A stretch of 64,000 nucleotides of DNA from an uncultured Gammaproteobacteria bacterium (GCA_964526325.1 CAZGKM010000005.1:113-64112), one strand, 5' to 3'; counted from the stretch's first letter, positions 26,428 through 35,271 are shown. The notes: a model not told the origin generated them from the letters alone. Numbers and translations are program-made.

Positions 26428-27777
26428 ATGTCAAATAAAGTCCAAACCGTCTATGCCTGTTCCGCCTGCGACGCCCAATTCCCTAAGTGGAGTGGGCGTT
26501 GTTTAGAATGCGGCGGCTGGGGCACTTTACAGATGCAAACGGTCGATAAAAAAACCGCGGATAAAATGATAGCAACCGTTACAGCGGAAGTAATTGATTT
26601 GGAAAAATTAAGCGGTCAGTTAGAAAGCCGGCGCTTAACCGCCAATATTAAAGAATTGGATCGAGTTTTGGGAGGCGGTATTATGTGCGGCTCTCTCGTA
26701 TTGCTGGGCGGTGAACCGGGAATCGGCAAATCAACTTTAGTCGCCCAAACCGCCGATGCTATCGGCCGAAACGGCCAAGTAATATACGTTAGCGGCGAAG
26801 AGTCGGCCGGGCAGATAAAAGTCAGATTTGATCGGCTCGGAATTAAGGCGGAAAATATTAAATTTTTAAATGAAACTAACGCGGAAAAAATTATCGCCAC
26901 TATTAAAAAACTTAAACCCGATTTAGTTATTATTGATTCAATCCAAACTATTTACTCTTCTGGCATTCTTGGCGAAGCCGGCAATATAAATCAAATCCGC
27001 GGCTCGGCGGTTAGCTTTTTGGAAGCTGCCAAAACCGACAATATCGCAATTATCCTAATCGGCCATATCACTAAAGACGGCTCTTTGGCCGGACCAAAAT
27101 CGCTTGAGCATATTGTTGATACCGTTCTTTATCTTGAAACCGAGACCAGCCACGGCTACCGCATTCTGCGCGCTACCAAAAATCGCTTCGGTTCAATTAA
27201 TGAAATCGGGATTTTCGAAATGACGGCTAAAGGCTTTAAAGAAATAACTAACCCTTCTTCAATCTTTATAGAGCCAAATCAAAATTTTACCGGCTCGGTA
27301 ATCAGTTGCATCATGGAAGGTACGCGGCCATTTTTAATTGAAGTCCAAGCTTTAGTCTCTAAAACCGTCTTTGGCTACCCGCAAAGAAAAGCCTCGGGCT
27401 TTGACTTAAACCGCTTGCAGGTTTTAATCGCTGTTTTAACTAAACGCGCCAATTTGAATTTAACTAACCAGGATGTTATTTTAAACGTAGTCGGCGGCTT
27501 AAAAATCAGCGATCCGGGGCTGGATTTAGCGGTTTGCTCGGCTATCGCCTCCTCGCTTTTAAATCAAACTGTCGGTAATAAAACTATTGTCTTGGGCGAA
27601 GTCGGATTAGGCGGAGAAATAAGGCAAATCGCCAGAATTGAACAAAGGCTGAATGAAGCCGGCAAACTTGGCTTTACCAAAGCTATTGTCCCGGCCAACG
27701 ATTATGTTTCAAAAAAAATTAAAGCGGTAAAAATAACAAATGTCCAGGAAATAATAAAATTGATAACCAAAAATTGA
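26428..27777 (+). CDS. radA: DNA repair protein RadA/Sms
   Basis: It has a zinc ribbon (CSACDAQFPKWSGRCLECGGWG), Walker A GGEPGIGKST, the KNRFG motif and a Lon-like C-terminal domain. Confidence 0.95.
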   Translation: MSNKVQTVYACSACDAQFPKWSGRCLECGGWGTLQMQTVDKKTADKMIATVTAEVIDLEKLSGQLESRRLTANIKELDRVLGGGIMCGSLVLLGGEPGIGKSTLVAQTADAIGRNGQVIYVSGEESAGQIKVRFDRLGIKAENIKFLNETNAEKIIATIKKLKPDLVIIDSIQTIYSSGILGEAGNINQIRGSAVSFLEAAKTDNIAIILIGHITKDGSLAGPKSLEHIVDTVLYLETETSHGYRILRATKNRFGSINEIGIFEMTAKGFKEITNPSSIFIEPNQNFTGSVISCIMEGTRPFLIEVQALVSKTVFGYPQRKASGFDLNRLQVLIAVLTKRANLNLTNQDVILNVVGGLKISDPGLDLAVCSAIASSLLNQTVGNKTIVLGEVGLGGEIRQIARIEQRLNEAGKLGFTKAIVPANDYVSKKIKAVKITNVQEIIKLITKN

Positions 27778-27800
27778 TAACTTGTAAAATAAAAAGAAAA

Positions 27801-27831
27801 AGAGGCAAGCTTATTTTATAAGATTGCCTCT
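27801..27831. terminator. Bidirectional terminator between convergent radA and the 27847..28251 gene
   Basis: The stem agaggcaa/ttgcctct (8 bp) has an A-run on the 5' side and ttgttttt on the 3' side. Confidence 0.7.
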
Positions 27832-27846
27832 TTGTTTTTAGGAAAT

Positions 27847-28251
27847 TTATTTCCTGATTGCCTGAAAAAAGTTTGTCTTTAGCCCGATTGTGGCCGCGAG
27901 GTCTACTAAAGAAAACCATTTATCGCCGAGGTCATCCACCGGCAGATCCTCGATAGTATTTTTAGCTCTTTCAACCAGCCAGCCCTCAATGTTAAATGGA
28001 ACATTTTTAGTAATATTTGGCATTTCCCAGCCGAATTGATAGCAATACTTCTTTAATTCTGTCAAATTAAACGGTACTTTTTTGCCATGAACCAAAAAAA
28101 ATCGCAGTTCCGGATCGGCAGGCGCCATCATTATATGGCATAAGGGACATTCTTGTTTTTTAATCTTAGCCGTTGTTGATGAACCGGTTTTGTTATAAGG
28201 GCCTTTTTGAATATTTGTTTTGCTCCGATAAAAAATCCTTGTTCCGATCAT
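27847..28251 (-). CDS. Hypothetical protein (134 aa)
   Basis: The start is the ATG at 28251, preceded by the strong SD GGAGGGG at 28263..28257. I recognise no motif other than CPLCH. Confidence 0.6.
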   Translation of the reverse strand: MIGTRIFYRSKTNIQKGPYNKTGSSTTAKIKKQECPLCHIMMAPADPELRFFLVHGKKVPFNLTELKKYCYQFGWEMPNITKNVPFNIEGWLVERAKNTIEDLPVDDLGDKWFSLVDLAATIGLKTNFFQAIRK

Positions 28252-28414
28252 AATTTCCCCTCCTTTAAAAATTAACATTAACATCAGCTACGCCCGGGCC
28301 GCTTTTTAAAGATCACTTCTGAAAATTATTAATTAATTTTTTATTCTACACTATTTATATTATTTTTTCAAGTACCTCTTCCAAACGTCTATCTTATTAA
28401 AATTACCATATATT

Positions 28415-30538
28415 TTATTCCAGATGCGTCTTATTTTCCAATTTACTTAATTTCTCTTTAAGCAAAGGCCATTTGGCAAGTCCGGCGCCTTGATTAACAA
28501 TTTTTACGGCCTGTTCACGGGCTTGCTTTATTAGAACATAATCAAATAATGAAGCGATTTTCAGCCCTAAAAAACCTTTTTGCTCCAGACCGTAGACTTC
28601 ACCCGGCCCCCTGAATTTTAAATCAATTTTAGCCAAAGTAAAACCGTCATGATTTTCAGACAAAGCCTGTAAGCGTTTCGCTGATGTTTCCGACTGATTA
28701 TCCGTAAAAAGAAAGCAATAAGACTGATGACTGCTTCTGCCTACCCTGCCCCTGAATTGATGGATTTGCGCCAAGCCGAAACGATCGGCGCCTTCAATCA
28801 TTATCACGCTGGCGTTAGGCGCGTCAACTCCGACCTCCACGACCGACGTGGAAACCAAAATTTTTATTTTATTATCCAAAAATTCTTGCATGATTTTTTC
28901 TTTTTCCGCTTGTTTCAGCCGGCCATGCAATCTGCCGATAGTTAAATCGGGAAAAATTATTTTGTCTAATTTTTTAAATTCTTCTTCGACCGACTTGACG
29001 CCCAGCTTATCGGAAATATCAACCAAAGGGCAAATAACAAAAACCTGCCGGCCGGTTTTAATCTGCTCGCCAATGAATTTGTAAGCCGCGGCACGCTTAT
29101 CTTCAGGCACAATTTTAGTTATAATCTTTTTTCTTTCTTTGGGCATTTCGTCTATGACCGATAAATTCAAATCGCCGTATAAAGCCAAGGCCAAACTTCT
29201 GGGAATCGGCGTGGCGGTCATGGATAATAAATGGGGCGTTAAGCTTATCCCGTTTTTTTGCAATAAAAGCCTCCTTTGCCCCACTCCAAACCGATGCTGT
29301 TCGTCAATTATGGCTAAGGCCAAATTATTAAATTCAACATCTTCCTGAATTAAAGCATGCGTACCGATAATAATATCGGCATTTTTTGCGATATCAGCGG
29401 CATTTAATTTTATTTTTTTGTCATCGGGATTTACACATTTTTTTGTCATTGGGTTTTTGACATTTGTCATTTTTTTCTGGCTTCTCGTTACCAGCCCAAC
29501 TTTAATATTAAAATTTTTTAACAAACGGCAGATAGTATCAAAGTGTTGTTTCGCAAGTATTTCCGTTGGCACCATTAATACCGCCTGCTGATTATTTAAA
29601 ATTACATTAAGCATGGCGATAACCGCGACTAACGTTTTACCGCTGCCGACATCGCCTTCTAAGAGCCTTGACATAGGCCTGTCTTTCGCCAAATCCCCTA
29701 AAATCTCCCAAGCCGCTTTTCTTTGCGCGTCAGTCAGCTTAAACGGCAGGCTGGCAACAAATTTTTTGGTTTCCGGCTCGCAGAATTTTATTTCCGGCGA
29801 CCGGCTCAAGCTTAAATTTTTTTTAGCCGATTGCGATTGCAATTGAATTAAAAAAAGCTCGTCAAACGCTAAGCGCCGTCGAACCTTTTTAATTTCCGAA
29901 TCATCTTTGGGAAAATGAATTTTCTTGATAGCCTCGGACAAATCCATTAGTTTAATTTCTTTCTTTACTTCAAGGGGCAGCCAATCGTTAAGCAGCGCGC
30001 TTAAACTTATAACCTGCTTAATTAAAAATCTGATTTGTTTTTGCGTTAAATTGGCGGTTAAATGATAGTTGGGCACTAATCCCTGGGTATGCACCAACCC
30101 ACCCCCCTTGTAAAGGGGGGTTAGGGGGGTAAATATTTTTTCATACGCCGGCGATTTCATAATAAAACTTCCGTAGTCTTCTTCAACTTTTCCGGCTAAA
30201 GAAATTTTATCGCCAACGCGCAAATTACGGGCTAAAAAAGGCTGGTTAAACCAAATCGCTTTCAAGGTTTCCGTGCCATCAGTTATTAAAGCTTCAATTA
30301 TACTCATTTTTCTCTTCCAGCTCCGCTTATTCTGGATTAATTCAATTTGTCCGACTATATTAGCGCTAGCGCCGGCAGTAAGCTTAGCAATCGGCGTTAA
30401 ACTTGTATAATCGTCGTATCTGAAAGGAAAATAAAACAACAAGTCATGAACAGATTCAATGCCCAATTTTTTCATCTTTTTAGCCGTAGCTTCGCCTACC
30501 CGGCTGATTTTCATTATGTCGGTTTCCAGTGTTATCAT
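28415..30538 (-). CDS. recG: ATP-dependent DNA helicase RecG (with two repeat-derived in-frame insertions)
   Basis: It has a wedge/OB N-terminal domain, helicase motifs GDVGSGKT, DEQHRFG and SATPIPR, and the motif QLHQFRGRVGR in the form IHQFRGRVGRS. Confidence 0.95.
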   Translation of the reverse strand: MITLETDIMKISRVGEATAKKMKKLGIESVHDLLFYFPFRYDDYTSLTPIAKLTAGASANIVGQIELIQNKRSWKRKMSIIEALITDGTETLKAIWFNQPFLARNLRVGDKISLAGKVEEDYGSFIMKSPAYEKIFTPLTPLYKGGGLVHTQGLVPNYHLTANLTQKQIRFLIKQVISLSALLNDWLPLEVKKEIKLMDLSEAIKKIHFPKDDSEIKKVRRRLAFDELFLIQLQSQSAKKNLSLSRSPEIKFCEPETKKFVASLPFKLTDAQRKAAWEILGDLAKDRPMSRLLEGDVGSGKTLVAVIAMLNVILNNQQAVLMVPTEILAKQHFDTICRLLKNFNIKVGLVTRSQKKMTNVKNPMTKKCVNPDDKKIKLNAADIAKNADIIIGTHALIQEDVEFNNLALAIIDEQHRFGVGQRRLLLQKNGISLTPHLLSMTATPIPRSLALALYGDLNLSVIDEMPKERKKIITKIVPEDKRAAAYKFIGEQIKTGRQVFVICPLVDISDKLGVKSVEEEFKKLDKIIFPDLTIGRLHGRLKQAEKEKIMQEFLDNKIKILVSTSVVEVGVDAPNASVIMIEGADRFGLAQIHQFRGRVGRSSHQSYCFLFTDNQSETSAKRLQALSENHDGFTLAKIDLKFRGPGEVYGLEQKGFLGLKIASLFDYVLIKQAREQAVKIVNQGAGLAKWPLLKEKLSKLENKTHLE
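29414..29476. repeat. TGTCATTTGTCA-family repeat embedded in frame in recG
   Basis: The sequence ttgtcatcggg...tttgtcattgggtttttgacatttgtcatttt encodes KKMTNVKNPMTKKCVNPDDKK. It is nearly identical to the intergenic copy gacattgggtatttgtcatttt at 61886..61907. Confidence 0.7.
30097..30130. repeat. GC-rich palindromic CCCCCC..GGGGGG-TTA-GGGGGG unit embedded in frame in recG
   Basis: The sequence ccccccttgtaaaggggggttaggggggt encodes PLTPLYKGGG. The same family occurs at 48734..48835 and 63923..63952. Confidence 0.75.
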
Positions 30539-30599
30539 AATCCTATTTTATCACAAAAACCCCAACAAAAAATAGCCCTGAAAATTCATAGCTATTATT

Positions 30600-30757
30600 T
30601 GTGCCCTCAAGAGGACTCGAAACGCCTCGGTGCTTTACAACCGAAGAAGAAAACGGTGGCGCGCTATTGTGCGCCTACGAGGAATTGAAACTCCTCGGTG
30701 CCAAAGCGGGGCGATTTTGAACTCCGGAAGCTCACACTCCCCGCCTGCCATTGCCTG
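30600..30757 (-). pseudogene. tRNA-Arg(CCG)-derived fragment / duplication scar
   Basis: An exact 22-nt copy of the tRNA 3' end (tgtgccctcaagaggactcgaa) lies at 30600..30621, matching 30756..30777. A 12-nt copy of the anticodon stem-loop (gagcttccggag) is also present. There is no matching 5' acceptor or D arm and no canonical T arm. Confidence 0.5.
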
Positions 30758-30829
30758 TGCCCTCAAGAGGACTCGAACCTCTGTTACAAGCTCCGGAAGC
30801 TCGCGTTCTATCCGCTGAACTATGAGGGC
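30758..30829 (-). tRNA. tRNA-Arg (anticodon CCG)
   Basis: I folded it by hand. The acceptor is GCCCTCA/TGAGGGC, the D stem GTTC/GAAC, the anticodon arm CGAGC-TTCCGGA-GCTTG and the T arm AGAGG-TTCGAGT-CCTCT. The discriminator is A and no CCA is encoded. Confidence 0.9.
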
Positions 30830-30858
30830 AAGGGCACTGGCGGGCAGGTATCCGTTGA

Positions 30859-30880
30859 GCCTGCCTGCCGGCAGGCAGGC
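30859..30880. repeat. 22-nt perfect palindrome GCCTGCCTGCCGGCAGGCAGGC
   Basis: It lies between the tRNA-Arg gene and the DEAD-box helicase stop. A related ctgccggcaggcaggcagg occurs at 13504..13522. Confidence 0.8.
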
Positions 30881-30918
30881 TATAGGCGCAGAAGTTTGAT
30901 ATATTATGCCAGATAAAC

Positions 30919-32157
30919 TTATCTGCCTCTTCGCCGGCCGAAACCCGGTCTTGAACGCGGAGCGACTCCCCGGCCGAAACTCATGGTCCGGCCATATCTT
31001 TTAAAAGTCGGCCGCGTATTAGCTTGTTCAAGCTCGGCAAATTTAGTTAAAGTTAATTTTTTATTTATCAATCTTTCAATGTCGCGAATATCTTTCCATT
31101 GATCGGGCGTAGCGAAGGAAATCGCTTTGCCTTGAGTTCCTGCCCGAGCGGTACGACCGATGCGATGGACATAATCTTCCGAATCGTCCGGTAAATCGTA
31201 ATTCACCACAAGCTCAATGTCGCTCACATCAATACCGCGAGCGGCAATATCTGTGGCTATAAGAATCCGATATTTTCTTGATTTAAATCCGGCCATGGAT
31301 TCTTTGCGCTGATTGAATGACAGATTGGAATGAATTTCCGCTACCTGATGCCTTGATTGTTTAAGATTATGGGCCAAATGCTTAGCGCCATATTTAGTTC
31401 TGGCAAAAACTAAAACCGAACCCTTATATTCTTTAAGAATTTTTTCCAACTGCATATATTTATCTTCTTTTCTCATGACATAAACTTCCTGATTAACGCA
31501 CTCAACCGTGGTTCCGGACGGAGCGACTTCAATATGGACGGGCATGGACATATGGGCCGAGGCTAATCTTAAAATCGCCCGAGGCATAGTAGCGGAAAAT
31601 AATAAAGTCTGCCGCTTTTCTGGAATCCGCTTAATAATTTCTTCTATTTGCGGAGCAAAACCCATGTCAAACATCCTATCAGCTTCGTCTAAAACCAAAA
31701 CTTTAACGTGATCCAATTTTACCCAGCCTCTTTTTAAATGGTCAATTAGCCGGCCCGGAGTGCAGATAAAAATATGCGGGTTTCTCTTTAAGCTCTGCAC
31801 CTGGCTGCCGATAGCTTGGCCGCCAATTAAAGCCGCGGTTCGCAGTCCCAGCCTAGAGCCTAATTTCCTTAAATTTTCATCAACTTGCATAGCAAGTTCG
31901 CGGGTAGGCAATAACACTAAGCCTTGCCCATGCTCAAGCAGTAAGCGCTCAATCATCGGGATGCCAAAAGCAAAAGTTTTGCCGGTTCCGGTTTGAGCTA
32001 CGCCAATCATGTCTTTACCGGATAGAGCCACCGGGATTGATTTGGCTTGAATCGGGGTCGGCGTATCTAATTTCAAATTTTTAAGCACGCTTAAAATATC
32101 AGCGCTAACGCCTAATGCTTTAAAATCCAGTTTAGTTTGTTTAATTTGTTCTATCAT
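30919..32157 (-). CDS. DEAD-box ATP-dependent RNA helicase with an Arg/Gly-rich tail
   Basis: Motifs are the Q motif (TPIQ), AQTGTGKT, PTRELA, DEAD, SAT and HRIGRTARAG. The C-terminus reads RSRPGFGRRRGR. Confidence 0.95.
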   Translation of the reverse strand: MIEQIKQTKLDFKALGVSADILSVLKNLKLDTPTPIQAKSIPVALSGKDMIGVAQTGTGKTFAFGIPMIERLLLEHGQGLVLLPTRELAMQVDENLRKLGSRLGLRTAALIGGQAIGSQVQSLKRNPHIFICTPGRLIDHLKRGWVKLDHVKVLVLDEADRMFDMGFAPQIEEIIKRIPEKRQTLLFSATMPRAILRLASAHMSMPVHIEVAPSGTTVECVNQEVYVMRKEDKYMQLEKILKEYKGSVLVFARTKYGAKHLAHNLKQSRHQVAEIHSNLSFNQRKESMAGFKSRKYRILIATDIAARGIDVSDIELVVNYDLPDDSEDYVHRIGRTARAGTQGKAISFATPDQWKDIRDIERLINKKLTLTKFAELEQANTRPTFKRYGRTMSFGRGVAPRSRPGFGRRRGR

Positions 32158-32239
32158 AAAAAATAAGCGACCCGTTTCTTAGGAGTCACTTATTAAAGCT
32201 ACTTAAATGACGTGAGATCCAAAGTCTTAATAATGCTTA

Positions 32240-32268
32240 AATATAGCATTAATAAGTTATGGTGTCAA
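32240..32268 (-). promoter_or_regulatory. Putative sigma-70 promoter of the DEAD-box helicase gene
   Basis: The minus strand reads TTGACA (32268..32263), a 17 nt spacer and TATATT (32245..32240). It lies about 75 nt upstream of the ATG. Confidence 0.55.
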
Positions 32269-32272
32269 TTTC

Positions 32273-32347
32273 TGGTGCACTCGACAGGAATCGAACCTGT
32301 ATTACAAGCTCCGCAAGCTTGCGTCCTATCCGTTGAACGACGAGTGC
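32273..32347 (-). tRNA. tRNA-Arg (anticodon GCG), CCA encoded
   Basis: I folded it by hand. The acceptor is GCACTCG/CGAGTGC, the anticodon arm CAAGC-TTGCGGA-GCTTG and the T arm ACAGG-TTCGATT-CCTGT. It ends in ACCA and is 75 nt long. Confidence 0.9.
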
Positions 32348-32460
32348 CCTACTTCGTTGAAACTTCGTAGGACGAGCATTTATGCATAAATGTTTAATTT
32401 ATACTGCTTGTCCGCCGAAGTTTTAACGTAGGCGGAAACGACGAGTGCTTATATTAATAC

Positions 32461-32483
32461 GGCACAGGATATTAGCCTGTGCC
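32461..32483 (-). terminator. Hairpin terminator after the 32510..33025 gene
   Basis: The stem ggcacagg/cctgtgcc (8 bp) has a 7 nt loop and is followed on the minus strand by GUAUUAAUAU. Confidence 0.45.
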
Positions 32484-32509
32484 CAAAATAATTATTATAC
32501 TATTTTAAT

Positions 32510-33025
32510 CTATAATTTAAACATTTTGGCTAAAGCCTCGGATAAAGGTTGGTCGGTTCTTTCCAAGTCCTCAGGTAAATACTTTAGCAGATTATCACGA
32601 ATTGGCAAGGGATTCATGCTTTTAAGAGGCACTGACAATCTCGGCCTAACCACATTCTTAAATTCAAAATACAAATTTTTTATATTCTCGCGAGGCTTAT
32701 AGACAATGGAAAAATCTTTTATTATATCGTAATCATAAAATTTTCTACCCACAATCAAACCTTCGTCGGTTATAACAAAATCTATGGCCATAGGCTCCTG
32801 GCCGTCATGGATTATAACAACGAATGCGCCGATTATAATTATGGCGGCAAACAAAAAATTTCCGCTGAAAAACGAATAAATTAAAAATATCAAACCGACA
32901 ACGGCGGAAACAATATACCAATTTCTTTGCCTTTCATGCTTGTCATATTCCGGTATGCTCCAGCTAATAATTTTTTCGCCGTAATTGATTGCCTTGGCTG
33001 ATTCTTCCATATTTTTAATTGACAA
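32510..33025 (-). CDS. Hypothetical two-TM membrane protein
   Basis: The TM pair is WYIVSAVVGLIFLIYSF / LFAAIIIIGAFVVII, followed by a soluble C-terminal domain. The track start is a TTG at 33025. An ATG start at 33010 (MEESAK) is equally possible. Confidence 0.65.
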   Translation of the reverse strand: MSIKNMEESAKAINYGEKIISWSIPEYDKHERQRNWYIVSAVVGLIFLIYSFFSGNFLFAAIIIIGAFVVIIHDGQEPMAIDFVITDEGLIVGRKFYDYDIIKDFSIVYKPRENIKNLYFEFKNVVRPRLSVPLKSMNPLPIRDNLLKYLPEDLERTDQPLSEALAKMFKL

Positions 33026-33176
33026 AACTAGATGAATTATATATATTTATTATAGCATAAATGAAATCAATTATCAATTATGAATTGCCAATTACGAATA
33101 AAATGCTTAATTCGTAATTTTTAATTTGCTTACCCTTAATCGCTAAGGCGAAGAAGGGCAATCGGTAATTTAATCC

Positions 33177-33263
33177 GGAGAGATGGCTGAGCGGCTGATA
33201 GCAACACCCTGCTAAGGTGTTAGGCTTTAACGAGCCTCCAGGGTTCGAATCCCTGTCTCTCCG
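33177..33263 (+). tRNA. tRNA-Ser (anticodon GCU)
   Basis: The acceptor is GGAGAGA/TCTCTCC, the anticodon arm ACACC-CTGCTAA-GGTGT, the long variable arm AGGCT..AGCCT and the T arm CAGGG-TTCGAAT-CCCTG. Confidence 0.9.
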
Positions 33264-33264
33264 C

Positions 33265-34269
33265 ATGAAATATCAAGACAAGGTCTACGGAAATTGTATT
33301 ATTACCGAACCGATAATTTTAGAATTGGTTAATTCTCCCGCGCTTAAAAGATTGCGTGATATAGATCAAGGCGGCTACGAACAGCTGATTGCCCGAGCAC
33401 GGAATAAAACCAATAAATTATCCGGTCATGACCGCCTGGCGCATTCGATCGGCGTTTATCTGCTATTAAAAAAATATAACGCGCGGCTCGAAGAGCAAAT
33501 CGCCGGCTTAATCCATGATGTTTCCCATTCGGCTTTTTCCCATTCAATTGATTATATAGTTGACGGTGGCAGCGGGAAAGAACAAAATCACCAGGATAAT
33601 TCGCATAACAGCTTTATTAAAAAAACGCTCATACCAAAAATTTTAAAAAAATACGGTTTTAACTTAGAATATATTTTAAGCGAAAAAAATTTTCCTTTAA
33701 AAGAAAGGGTCTTGCCTGATTTATGTGCTGATAGAATTGATTATATTTTAAGGGAAGGGATAATTTTCAAAAAAACTACCGCCGCCCAGGCTAGAAATAT
33801 TCTTGATAATTTGATTGTCAATAACGACCGCTGGATATTTAAAAATTTTAAAACTGCGAAAAAATTTGCACAATTATTCTATAAAATGAACCGTGATTAT
33901 TATGCTGACTTTTCCGCGGCGATTATGTTTAAAACTATAAGCGATTGCTTAAAATACGCTTTAGGTAAAAATTATATCGCCAACGGAGATTTATACGCAA
34001 CGGATAAACTTGTTATAGCAAAAATAAAAAAATATTTAAAAAAAGACAAATATTTAGACATGCTTTGGCGAAGAATGAACGGTAAAATCAAGGTTAAACA
34101 AAACCGTAAAAAATATGATGCCAGAGTTTTCTGCAAATCAAGAATCGTTGACCCGCTATTTATGGATAAAGATAAAATTAAGCGGTTATCAGAAGCCGAA
34201 CCGAGTTGGGGTAAAATAGTAAAGCAAGAATTAAAGCCCAAAAAATATTTTTTAAAGTTCGAAAAATGA
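33265..34269 (+). CDS. HD-domain metal-dependent phosphohydrolase
   Basis: The motifs HDRLAHSIGV and GLIHDVSHSAFSH are present. I place the start at ATG 33265 (MKYQDKV), because the track's GTG extension overlaps the tRNA-Ser gene. Confidence 0.85.
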   Translation: MKYQDKVYGNCIITEPIILELVNSPALKRLRDIDQGGYEQLIARARNKTNKLSGHDRLAHSIGVYLLLKKYNARLEEQIAGLIHDVSHSAFSHSIDYIVDGGSGKEQNHQDNSHNSFIKKTLIPKILKKYGFNLEYILSEKNFPLKERVLPDLCADRIDYILREGIIFKKTTAAQARNILDNLIVNNDRWIFKNFKTAKKFAQLFYKMNRDYYADFSAAIMFKTISDCLKYALGKNYIANGDLYATDKLVIAKIKKYLKKDKYLDMLWRRMNGKIKVKQNRKKYDARVFCKSRIVDPLFMDKDKIKRLSEAEPSWGKIVKQELKPKKYFLKFEK

Positions 34270-34601
34270 AATTTTTACTGTCAATAAATTACCTTATTTG
34301 GCTGGTGCTATCGGCAATGTTTTTCGCGGTTGGCGAATTTTGGTCTAAAAAATTTGCCATCAACCCCAAACCTTCCTATGTAGTATTAATTATAGTTATT
34401 TATTCATTTGGGGCGCTTGCCTGGCTGCCGGCAATCTTGCAGAAAAATTCACTGGCTATCGCCGGCGGAATTTGGTCGGTCTTAAGTTTATTGGCGACAG
34501 TTTTAATAGGAGTTTTAGTTTTCGGCGAAAAACTTAGCTTTATGGGCATGACAGGCATTATCGCAGCTTTCGTTGCCATAATATTGCTATATATAGGATA
34601 A
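34266..34601 (+). CDS. Small 4-TM SMR/DMT-superfamily transporter (EamA half-size, ArnE/F-like)
   Basis: It is 111 aa with four hydrophobic helices. Its start overlaps the HD gene's stop (ATGA). Confidence 0.7.
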   Translation: MKFLLSINYLIWLVLSAMFFAVGEFWSKKFAINPKPSYVVLIIVIYSFGALAWLPAILQKNSLAIAGGIWSVLSLLATVLIGVLVFGEKLSFMGMTGIIAAFVAIILLYIG

Positions 34602-34607
34602 ATTATT

Positions 34608-34694
34608 GGAGAGATGCCAGAGCGGTCGAATGGGACGGTCTTGAAAACCGTTAGGCCTTCGCGGGTCTCTAGGGTTCGAATCCCTATCTCTCCG
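34608..34694 (+). tRNA. tRNA-Ser (anticodon UGA)
   Basis: The acceptor is GGAGAGA/TCTCTCC, the anticodon arm ACGGT-CTTGAAA-ACCGT, and it has a long variable arm. The T arm is TAGGG-TTCGAAT-CCCTA. Confidence 0.9.
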
Positions 34695-34828
34695 CATTAT
34701 TTTTTCATAATTTTTCTTTTACTTTAATTGACGTTTAATAAAACAAAATCAAATGAAAGAAAAACCCTTTTTGTTTTGTATTAAGAGCGTAAAGGTCAAA
34801 TTAATTAAATCATAAAAAAAGAAAAAAT

Positions 34829-35209
34829 ATGAAAAAAATTACATTAAGTTTAGGAGCATTAGCGCTAATTTTAGTCTCAGCCGGATTATTCGCGGGAAAA
34901 ATTTCAGCTTATCAAGGCGATCCGAATATCAAAGGTCCTAATTGTTCGGCCGAGCGCCACGAAGCAATGATTAAAGCTTTCGAGAATAATGACTTTAACG
35001 CTTGGAAAAACCTTATGCAAGGGCGAGGCAGGGTGACGCAAGTTATCAATCAAGATAATTTCGCACAATTCGCGGAAGCTCACCGCCTAACACTCCAAGG
35101 CAAAATCGACGAAGCGCAAAAAATTCGCCAAGAGCTTGGCTTAGGACTACACAATGGTTCAGGTAAAACAGCCGGCGGAATGGGCATGGGCAGAGGTTTA
35201 AATCGTTAG
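34829..35209 (+). CDS. Small secreted protein upstream of the ECF sigma factor
   Basis: It has a signal peptide (MKKITLSLGALALILVSAGLFAGKISA), a helical body and a Gly/Met-rich tail. Confidence 0.65.
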   Translation: MKKITLSLGALALILVSAGLFAGKISAYQGDPNIKGPNCSAERHEAMIKAFENNDFNAWKNLMQGRGRVTQVINQDNFAQFAEAHRLTLQGKIDEAQKIRQELGLGLHNGSGKTAGGMGMGRGLNR

Positions 35210-35223
35210 AATCTACGCGTCTC

Positions 35224-35265
35224 AAATAAGCCAAAATCCGAGCATAGTCGGATTTTGGCTTATTT
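35224..35265 (+). terminator. 18-bp perfect hairpin (terminator/attenuator) 6 nt before the sigma-factor start
   Basis: The arms aaataagccaaaatccga and tcggattttggcttattt flank a 6 nt loop. Confidence 0.55.
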
Positions 35266-35271
35266 AAAAAT

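Noticed and set aside
30600-30757. Interpreting the tRNA-adjacent structured segment as SRP RNA, tmRNA or an intron-containing tRNA
   Set aside because: It lacks the SRP domain IV motif and tmRNA features. There is no 5' acceptor or D arm to complete a tRNA, and the T-arm copy is non-canonical (GAGGCGTTTCGAGTCCTC). About 100 nt is also too short for a group I intron. I kept it only as a duplication scar.
30446-30916. Three plus-strand ORFs (30446..30688, 30630..30818, 30698..30916)
   Set aside because: They run across the recG start, the tRNA-derived fragment, the tRNA-Arg gene and a 22-nt palindrome. No coding signal is present.
33078-33266. The 62 aa minus-strand ORF, and the GTG-extended start (33217) of the HD gene
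   Set aside because: Both overlap the tRNA-Ser(GCU) gene at 33177..33263. The HD gene has a clean ATG at 33265.
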